A stretch of DNA of 64,000 bases, taken from assembly GCF_009914755.1 (NCBI RefSeq), contig NC_060948.1, one strand, 5' to 3'. Origin of the DNA: the human T2T-CHM13v2.0 reference genome, Homo sapiens. Below the pieces are notes generated by a model. It ran no database searches, was not told where the DNA came from, and saw only the letters and a list, made by a program, of their open reading frames with translations. Below, piece by piece: positions 54,128 through 64,000 of the stretch (its first letter is position 1; each line of letters starts with the position of its first letter). The position numbers and the translations under genes were made by a program.

Positions 54128-57100
54128 ATCGAATGGAATGGAATCGAACGGAATGGAATAAAATGGAAGAAAACTGGCAAGAAATGGAATCGAAATGAAT
54201 GGAGTGTTATGGAACGGACTCAAAAGGAATTGAATGTAATAGAATGGAGTGGAGTGGACTCGAATATAATGGACTGGAATGGAATGAAATCACATGGAAT
54301 GGGAACGAATGGAATGGAATGGAAAGGAAAGGAATCGAATGGAAGGGAATGAAATTGAATCAACAGGAATGGAAGGGAATAGAATAGACGGTAATGGAAT
54401 GGACTCGAATAGAATGGACACGAATGCACAAATTGAATGGACTCGAATGGAATGGAAACGAAAGGAATGTCATCGAATGGAATTGAATCGATTGGAATGA
54501 AATCGCATAGAATGGAGTGGAGTCAAATGGAATTGAAACGAAAGCAAAGGAAGCGAATGGACTGAAATGAAATGGACTCAAATTGAAAGGGCTCGAAAGG
54601 AATGGAGTCAAATGGAATGGTCTGGAATGGAATGAACACGAATGTAATGCAATCCAATAGAATGGAATCGAATGGCATGGAATATAAAGAAATGGAATCG
54701 AAGAGAATGGAAACAAATGGAATGGAATTGAATGGAATGGAATTGAATGGAATGGGAACGAATGGAGTGAAATTGTATGCAGTAGAAGAGAATAGAATGG
54801 AATACAAGCGAAAGGAAAGGAATGGATTGGAATGGAATGGAATTCATTGGAATGGAAGGGAATGTAGTGTAATGGACAGGCCTGGAATAAAGTGGAATGC
54901 TACGGTCTCGAATGGAATAAAAATGTATGGAATGGAATGCAATGAAACGGAATCGAATGTCATAGAATGTAATGGAATGCAACAAAATGGAATCCAAAAT
55001 CATTGACTGGAAAGGCTGGGTGTCGAAAGGAATTGACTCCAATGGAATGGAATCGAATGGAATGGAAGTGAATAGAATCGAACTAAATCGAATGGAATGG
55101 AATTGATAGGAACGGAATGGAAAGGAATGCAATGATTTGGCATGGAATGGAATCGAATGGCATCGAATGGAATGGAATGGAATGCAATGGAATGGAATGT
55201 ATTAGAATGTAATGAACATTAATGGAATGTACTCGAATGGATTCGACTGGCATGGAATGTTCTGGAAGTGAATGGAATCCAATGGAATGGATTCAAAAGG
55301 AATGGAATCGTACGGAATGGAATCTAATGGAATGGAATTAAATGGAAATGAATCAAATTGAATAGCACGGAATTGAATTGAATGGAATCGAATGCAATGG
55401 AATCTAATGAAACGGAAAGGAAAGGAATGGAATGGAATGGAATGGGCTGGAATGGAAAGGAATCGAAACGAATGGAATGGAATCGAACTGAAGAGACTGG
55501 AATGGAATGCACTGGAATGGAAGGGAGTGTAATGGAAGGTTCTCGACAAAAATGGAATCGAATGGAATGGAATTGAATGGAACGGAATAGAGTCGAATGG
55601 AATTGAATGGAATGGAATGGACTAGAGTGAAATGGAATCGAACCACAAGGAATGGACAGGAATAGAATGGTCTCGAATTGAATGGAATCGTATGGAATGG
55701 CATCAAACGGAATGGAATGGACAGCCACGGAATGGAATGCACTCGAATGCAATGGAGTCGAAACTAATGGACTGGAATAGAATGGACTCGACTGGTAGGG
55801 ACTCCAATGGAATGGAATCGAATGGAAGGGAATCGAATGGAATGGACTCGAAGGGAAAAGACTGCAATGGAAAGGTATCGAATGGAATGGAAATTAATGG
55901 AATGGAATGGAATCGAATGAAATGGAGTCAAAAGGAATGGAATCGAATGGCAAGAAATCGAATGTAATGGAATCGCAAGGAATTGATGTGAACGGAACGG
56001 AATGGAATGGAATCCAAAGGAATGGAATAGAATGGAATGGAATCGAATGGAAAGGACTCGAATGGAAATCACTCGAATAGAAAGCAATTTAATAAAATAG
56101 GATCAAATGTAATGGAATGGAATGGAAAGGAATCGAAACGAAAGGAATGGAGACAGATGGAATGGAATGGAACAGAGAGCAATGGTATAGAATGGAATGG
56201 AATCATCTGGAATGGAATTGAATGGAATGGAATAATATGAAATGGAATGGAATGGAATGGAATGCCTTTGAATTAAATGGACTGGAATGGAATGGACTCG
56301 AACAGAGTGGAATGGAAAGTGATGAGATAGAATGGAATGGACTCGTTTGGAATGGTCTAGTATGCAATGCAATCGACTGGCAGGGAATCAAAAGGAATGT
56401 AATCGAATGGATTGTACTGGAATGCAATGGACTCGAATAGATTGGAAACGGAATGCAAAGGAATGGAATGGAATAGTATGGAATGGAATGGAAAGAAATG
56501 GAGTGGAATAGACTAGAGTGGAATGGAATGGACTCGAAAGCAATGGACTGGAATGGAACTTTCTTGAATGGACTGGAATCAAACGGAATGGAATGCAATG
56601 CAATCAAATGGCATGGAATAAAATAGAATGAAAGAGAATCAAATGGAATTGAATCGAATGGAATCGAATGGATTGGAAAGGAATAGAATGGAATGGAATG
56701 GAATTGACTCAAATGGAATGGACTAGAATGGAATGGATTCGAATGGAAGGCAAAGGAATGGAATCTATTGGAATGGACTGTAATGGAATGGAATGGAAGG
56801 GATTGGAATGGACTCGAATGGAATGGACTGCAATAGAAAGGATTCGAATGGAATGAAAAAGAATTGAATGGAATAGAACACAATGGAATCAAATCGAATG
56901 AAATGGAATGGAATAGAAAGGAATGGAATGAAATGGAATGGAAAGGATTCGAATGGAATGCATTCGAATGGAATGGAATCGAACGGAATGGAATAAAATG
57001 GAAGAAAACTGGCAAGAAATGGAATCGAAATGAATGCAGTGTTATGGAACGGACTCAAAAGGAATTGAATGTAATAGAATGGAGTGGAGTGGACTCGAAT

Positions 57101-60100
57101 ATAATGGACTGGAAGGGAATGAAATCACATGGAATGGGAACGAATGGAATGGAATGGAAAGGAATGGAATCGAATGGAAAGGAATCGAATGGAAGGGAAT
57201 GAAATTGAATCAACAGGAATGGAAGGGAATAGAATAGACGGTAATGGAATGGACTCGAATAGAATGGACACGAATGCTCAAATTGAATGGACTCGAATGG
57301 AATGGAAACGAAAGGAATGTCATCGAATGGAATTGAATCGATTGGAATGAAATCGCATAGAATGGAGTGGAATCAAATGGATTTGAATCGAAAGGAAAGG
57401 AAGCGAATGGACTGAAATGAAATGGAATGGAATTGAATGGAAAGTAATGCAATGGAATAGAATGGAACGAAATTTCACGGAATGGAATCAAACTGAATGG
57501 AATCAAATCAATGGAATCAAATCAAATGGAATGGAAAGGAATTGAATGGAGTAGATTGGATTGGATGGGATTGGAATGAAATGTACTGGAAAGGACTCGA
57601 ATTTCATGAAACGGAATGGAATGAATTGGAACGGAAGGGACTCGAATGGAATGGAATGTCATGGAATGGCATCAAATGGAATGACATCAAATGGAATGGA
57701 ATCGAATACAATGGAATGTTATGGAATGGAATGGAATGCATTGGAATGGAATGTCCTCTAATGGAATGGATTCGAGTGGAATGGAATCGAATATAATGGA
57801 GTCGAATGAAATGGAATTGAAAGGAATGGGATCGAATAGAATGGAATATACTGGAATGTAATGTAATGAACTGGAATGTAATTGACTGGAATGGAATGTA
57901 GATGAATGGAATGTAATCGAATGGAAAGTAATCCAATGGAATAGAATCTAATGCAATAAAACCGACTCAGATAGAGTAGAATGTAATGGAATGGAGTGCA
58001 GTGCAATGGAATGGAATGGAATTGAATGGAATGGAATGGAATGGAATGGAATGGAATGGAATGGGATGGAATGGTATGGAATGGATAGTAATGGACTGGA
58101 GTGAAATGGACTGGAAAGGAATGGACTCAAATTGAAAGGGCTCGAAAGGAATGGAGTCAAATGGAATGGTCTGGAATGGAATGAACACGAATGTAATGCA
58201 ATCCAATAGAATGGAATCGAATGGCATGGAATATAAAGAAATGGAATCGAAGAGAATGGAAACAAATGGAATGGAATTGAATGGAATGGAATTGAATGGA
58301 ATGGGAACGAATGGAGTGAAATTGTATGCAGTAGAAGGGAATAGAATGGAATGCAAGCGAAAGGAAAGGAATGGATTGGAATGGAATGGAATTCATTGGA
58401 ATGGAAGGGAATGTAGTGTAATGCACAGGCCTGGAATAAAGTGGAATGCTACGGTCTCGAATGGAATAAAAATGTATGGAATGGAATGCAATGAAACGGA
58501 ATCGAATGTCATAGAATGTAATGGAATGCAACAAAATGGAATCCAAAATCATTGACTGGAAAGGCTGGGTGTCGAAAGGAATTGACTCCAATGGAATGGA
58601 ATCGAATGGAATGGAAGTGAATAGAATCGAACTAAATCGAAAGGAATGGAATTGATAGGAACGGAATGGAAAGGAATGCAATGATTTGGCATGGGATGGA
58701 ATCGAATGGCATCGAATGGAATGGAATGGAATGGAATGGAATGGAATGGAATATAATGGAATGTATTAGAATGTAATGAACATTAATGGAATGTACTCTA
58801 ATGGATTCGACTGTAATGGAATGTTCTGGAAGTGAATGGACTCCAATGGAATGGATTCGAAAGGAATGGAATCGAACGGAATGGATTCTAATGGAATGGA
58901 ATGAAATGGAAATGAATCAAATTGAATAGCACGGAATTGAATTGAATGGAATCGAATGCAATGGAATCTAATGAAACGGAAAGGAAAGGAATGGAATGGA
59001 ATGGAATGGGCTGGAATGGAATGGAATGGAAACGAATGGAATGGAATCGAACTGAAGAGACTGGAATGGAATGCACTGGAACGGAAGGGAGTGTAATGGA
59101 AGGTTCTCGAGAAAATGGAATCGAATGGAATGGAATTGAATAGAACGGAATAGAGTCGAATGGAATTCAATGGAATGGAATGGACTAGAATGAAATGGAA
59201 TCGAACCACAAGGAATGGACAGGAATAGAATGGTCTCGAATTGAATGGAATCGTATGGAATGGCATCAAACGGAATGGAATGGACAGCCACGGAATGGAA
59301 TGCACTCGAATGCAATGGAGTCGAAACTAATGGACTGGAATAGAATGGACTCGACTGGTACGGACTCCAATGTAATGGAATCGAATGGAAGGGAATCGAA
59401 CGGAATGGACTCGAAGGGAAAAGACTGCAACGGAAAGGTCTCGAATGGAATGGAAATTAATGGAATGGAATGGAATCGAATGAAATGGAGTCAAAAGGAA
59501 TGGAATCGAATGGCAAGAAATCGAATGTAATGGAATCGCAAGGAATTGTTGTGAACGGAACGGAATGGAATGGAATCCAAAGGAATGGAATAGAATGGAA
59601 TGGAATCGAATGGAAAGGACTCGAATGGAAATCACTCGAATAGAATGCAATTTAATAAAATAGGATCAAATGTAATGGAATGGAATGGAAAGGAATCGAA
59701 ACGAAAGGAATGGAGACAGATGGAATGGAATGGAACAGAGAGCAATGGTATAGAATGGAATGGAATCCTCTGGAATGGAATTGAATGGAATGGAATAATA
59801 TGAAATGGAATGGAATGGAATGGAATGCCCTTGAATTAAATGGACTGGAATGGAATGGACTCGAACAGAGTGGAATGGAAAGTGTTGAAATAGAATGGAA
59901 TGGACTCCTTTGGAATGGTGTAGTATGCAATGCAATCGACAGGCAGGGAATCAAAAGGAATGTAATCGAATGGATTGGACTGGAATGCAATGGACTCAAA
60001 TAGATTGGAAACGGAATGCAAAGGAATGGAATGGAATAGTATGGAATGGAATGGAAAGGAATGGAGTGGAATAGACTAGAGTGGAATGGAATGGACTGGA

Positions 60101-60525
60101 AAGCAATGGACTGGAATGGAACTTTCTTGAATGGACTGGAATCAAACGGAATGGAATGCAATGCAATCAAATGGCATGGAATAAAATAGAATGAAAGAGA
60201 ATCAAATGGAATTGAATCGAATGGAATCGAATGGATTGGAAAGGAATAGAATGGAATGGAATGGAATTGACTCAAATGGAATGGACTAGAATGGAATGGA
60301 TTCGAATGGAAGGCAAAGGAATGGAATCTATTGGAATGGACTGTAATGGAATGGAATGGAAGGGATTGGAATGGACTCGAATGGAATGGACTGCAATAGA
60401 AAGGATTCGAATGGAATGAAAAAGAATTGAATGGAATAGAACAGAATGGAATCAAATCGAATGAAATGGAATGGAATAGAAAGGAATGGAATGAAATGGA
60501 ATGGAAAGGATTCGAATGGAATGCT
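54128..60525 (+). repeat. 6398-bp higher-order block, copy 2
   Basis: Shares the private variants of copy 1 (GCACAAATT, TACAAGCG, GGTAGGGACT, AAAACCGACTC, ATGCACAGG, CTCGAG, TTGTTGTG, TCCTCTGG) and contains the fourth deletion junction at 54576. Confidence 0.92.
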
Positions 60526-63500
60526 ATCGAATGGAATGCAATCGAACGGAATGGAATCGAACAGAATGGAATAAAATGGAAGAAAACTGGCAAGAAATGG
60601 AATCGAAATGAATGGAGTGTTATGGAACGGACTCCAAAGGAATTGAATGTAATAGAATGGAGTGGAGTGGACTCGAATATAATGGACTGGAATGGAATGA
60701 AATCACATGGAATGGGAACGAATGGAATGGAATGGAAAGGAATGGAATCGAATGGAAAGGAATCGAATGGAAGGGAATGAAATTGAATCAACGGAATGGA
60801 AGGGAGTAGAATAGACGGTAATTGAATGGACTCGAATAGAATGGACAGGAATGCTCAAATTGAATGGACTCGAATGGAAAGGAAACGAAAGGAATGTCAT
60901 CGAATGGAATTGATTCGATTGGAATGAAATGACATAAAAAGGAGTGGAATGACATGGAATTGAATCGAAAGGAAAGGAAGCGAATGAACTGAAATGAAAT
61001 GGAAAGGAATTGAATGGAAAGTAATGCAATGGAATAGAATGGAACGAAATTTCACGGAATGGAATCAAACTGAATGGAATCAAATCAATGGAATATAATC
61101 AAATGGAATGGAAAGGAATTGAATGGAGTAGATGGGATTGGATGGGATTGGAATGAAATGTACTGGAAAGGACTCGAATTTCATGAAACGGAATGGAATG
61201 AATTGGAACGGAATGGACTCGAATGGAATGGAATGTCATGGGATGGCAACAAATGGAATGGCATCAAATGGAATGGAATCGAATGCAATGGAATGCTATG
61301 GAATGGAATGGAATGCATTGGAATGGAATGTCCTCTAATGGAATGGATTCGAGTGGAATGGAATCGAATATAATGGAGTCGAATGAAATGGAATTGAAAG
61401 GAATGGGATCGAATACAATGGAATATACTGCAATGTAACGTAATGAACTCGAATGTAATCGACTGGAATGGAATATACATGAATCGAATGTAATCGAATG
61501 GAAAGTAATCCAATGGAATAGAATCTAATGCAATAAAATCGACTCAAATAGAATAGAATGTAATGGAATGGAGTGCAGTGCAATGGAATGGAATGGAATG
61601 GAATGCAATGGAATGGAATGGAATGGAATGGAATGGCATGGAATGGTATGGAATGGATAGTAATGGACTGGAGTGAAATGGACTGGAAAGGAATGGACTC
61701 AAATTGAAAGGGCTCGAAAGGAATGGAGTCAAATGGAATGGTCCGGAATGGAATGAACACGAATGTAATGCAATCCAATAGAATGGAATCGAATGGCATG
61801 GAATATAAAGAAATGGAATCGAAGAGAATGGAAACAAATGGAATGGAATTGAATGGAATGGAATTGAATGGAATGGGAACGAATGGAGTGAAATTGTATG
61901 CAGTAGAAGAGAATAGAATGGAATGCAAGCGAAAGGAAAGGAATGGATTGGAATGGAATGGAATTCATTGGAATGGAAGGGAATGTAGTGTAATGGACAG
62001 GCCTGGAATAAAGTGGAATGCTACGGTCTCGAATGGAATAAAAATGTATGGAATGGAATGCAATGAAACGGAATCGAATGTCATAGAATGTAATGGAATG
62101 CAAAAAAATGGACTCCAAAATCATTGACTGGAAAGGCTGGGTGTCGAAAGGAATTGACTCCAATGGAATGGAATCGAATGGAATGGAAGTGAATAGAATC
62201 GAACTAAATCGAATGGAATGGAATGGATAAGAACGGAATGGAAAGGAATGCAATGATTTGGCATGGAATGGAATCGAATGTCATGGAATGGAATGGAATG
62301 GAATGCAATGGAGTGGAATGTATTAGAATGTAATGAACTTTAATGGAATGTACTCGAATGGATTCGACTGGAATGGAATGTTCTGTAAGTAAATAGACTC
62401 CAATGGAATGGATTCGAAAGGAATGGAATCGAACGGAATGGAATCTAATGGAATGGAATTAAATGGAAATGAATCAAATTGAATAGCACGGAATTGAATT
62501 GAATGGAATCGAAAGCAATGGAATCTAATGTAACGGAAAGGAAAGGAATGGAATGGAATGGAATGGGCTGGAATGGAATGGAATCGAAACGAATGGAATG
62601 GAATCGAACTGAAGAGACTGGAATGGAATGCACTGGAATGGAAGGGAGTGTAATGGAAGGTTCTCGACAAAAATGGAATCGAATGGAGTGGAATTGAATG
62701 GAACGGAATAGAGTCGAATGGAATTGAATGGAATGGAATGGACTAGAGTGAAATGGAATCGAACCACAAGGAATGGACAGGAATAGAATGGTCTCGAATT
62801 GAATGGAATCGTATGGAATGGCATCAAACGGAATGGAATGGACAGCCACGGAATGGAATGCACTCGAATGCAATGGAGTCGAAACTAATGGACTGGAATA
62901 GAATGGACTCGACTGGTACGGACTCCAATGGAATGGAATCGAATGGAAGGGAATCGAACGGAATGGACTCGAAGGGAAAAGACTGCAATGGAAAGGTATC
63001 GAATGGAATGGAAATTAATGGAATGGAATGGAATCGAATGAAATGGAGTCAAAAGGAATGGAATCGAATGGCAAGAAATCGAATGTAATGGAATCGCAAG
63101 GAATTGATGTGAACAGAACGGAATGGAATGGAATCCAAAGGAATGGAATAGAATGGAATGGAATCGAATGGAAAGGACTCGAATGGAAATCACTCGAATA
63201 GAATGCAATTTAATAAAATAGGATCAAATGTAATGGAATGGAATGGAAAGGAATCGAAACGAAAGGAATGGAGACAGATGGAATGGAATGGAACAGAGAG
63301 CAATGCTATAGAATGGAATGGAATCATCTGGAATGGAATTGAATGGAATGGAATAATATGAAATGGAATGGAATGGAATGGAATGCCCTTGAATTAAATG
63401 GACTGGAATGGAATGGACTCGAACAGAGTGGAATGGAAAGTGTTGAAATAGAATGGAATGGACTCCTTTGGAATGGTCTAGTATGCAATGCAATCGACAG

Positions 63501-64000
63501 GCAGGGAATCAAAAGGAATGTAATGGAATGGATTGGACTGGAATGCAATGGACTCGAATAGATTGGAAACGGAAAGCAAATGAATGGAATGGAATAGTAT
63601 GGAATGGAATGGAAAGGAATGGAGTGGAATAGACTAGAGTGGAATGGACTCGAAAGCAATGGACTGGAATGGAACTTTCTTGAATGGACTGGAATCAAAC
63701 GGAATGGAATGCAATGCAATCAAATGGCATGGAATAAAATAGAATGAAAGAGAATCAAATGGAATTGAATCGAATGGAATCGAATGGATTGGAAAGGAAT
63801 AGAATGGAATGGAATGGAATTGACTCAAATGGAATGGACTCGAATGGAAGGCAAAGGAATGGAATCTATTGGAATGGACTGTAATGGAATGGAATGGAAG
63901 GGATTGGAATGGACTCGAATGGAATGGACTGCAATAGAAAGGATGCGAATGGAATGAAAAAGAATTGAATGGAATAGAACAGAATGGAATCAAATCGCAT
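60526..64000 (+). repeat. Diverged full-length-type DYZ1 sequence, cut by window end
   Basis: AGGCCT at 61999 (3572 bp after 58427); substitution-dense patch at 60790-61010; small in-phase deletions near 63645 and 63840. Confidence 0.88.

Larger units (their letters stand above)
1..64000 (+). repeat. DYZ1: Human satellite 3 array, DYZ1 family (Yq12 heterochromatin), GGAAT-rich strand on +
   Basis: Degenerate GGAAT/CGAAT/GGACT pentamers run end to end. Landmarks recur at ~3.55 kb (StuI/HaeIII AGGCCT at 3902, 7452, 11001, 14549, 18053, 21617, 25201, 28725, 32293...). One unit (18053-21616) is 3564 bp, the classical DYZ1 HaeIII length. It contains GGACAGGCCTGGAATAAAGTGGA and TTGAATGGAATGGGAACGAATGG, which I recognise as the Y1.1/Y1.2 DYZ1 primer sites. 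Confidence 0.96.

Noticed and set aside
40-63993. Hundreds of ORFs (MEWNG-rich on +, FHSIP-rich on -), up to 379 aa at 59652-60791
   Set aside because: (GGAAT)n has no stop codon in any frame on either strand and translates to MEWNG/IPFHS pentapeptides. The ORFs overlap in all frames, recur with the unit, and are opened or closed by random SNPs. There is no domain or gene structure.
1-64000. CRISPR-like or repeat-spacer array
   Set aside because: There are no constant repeats separated by unique spacers; the whole unit repeats, and no cas genes are present.
1-64000. HSat2 or chr9-type HSat3
   Set aside because: It lacks the CATTCGATTC/GAATCATC-dominated HSat2 pattern. The 3.55-kb period, single HaeIII site and Y primer sites indicate DYZ1.
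1-64000. DYZ2 (HSat1B) blocks, Alu/L1 insertions or strand inversions known from Yq12
   Set aside because: No AT-rich block, poly(A) tail, Alu sequence or switch to CATTC on the + strand was seen anywhere in the window.

Overview
The whole 64 kb is one uninterrupted, single-orientation array of human satellite 3 (HSat3; degenerate (GGAAT)n on the + strand). It is organised as the ~3.55-kb DYZ1 unit of Yq12 heterochromatin, marked by one HaeIII/StuI site (AGGCCT) per unit and by the classic DYZ1 sexing-PCR primer sites. There are no genes, RNA genes, transposons or DYZ2/Alu blocks, and every ORF in the track is a translation artefact of the pentamer. The array is structurally heterogeneous: 1142-bp truncated units at the left end, a homogeneous XbaI-marked 3549-bp block, a mosaic of variant units, one 4118-bp rearranged unit, four ~2.84-kb units sharing one ~700-bp deletion, and a near-perfect 6398-bp tandem duplication. 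The best candidate for function is non-coding. Each full unit carries three positions with perfect nGAAnnTTCnnGAAn heat-shock elements embedded in a very dense field of TEAD (GGAATG) motifs, and the number of intact elements changes along the array. I found no previously undescribed protein-coding system. Coordinates and counts were read by hand.
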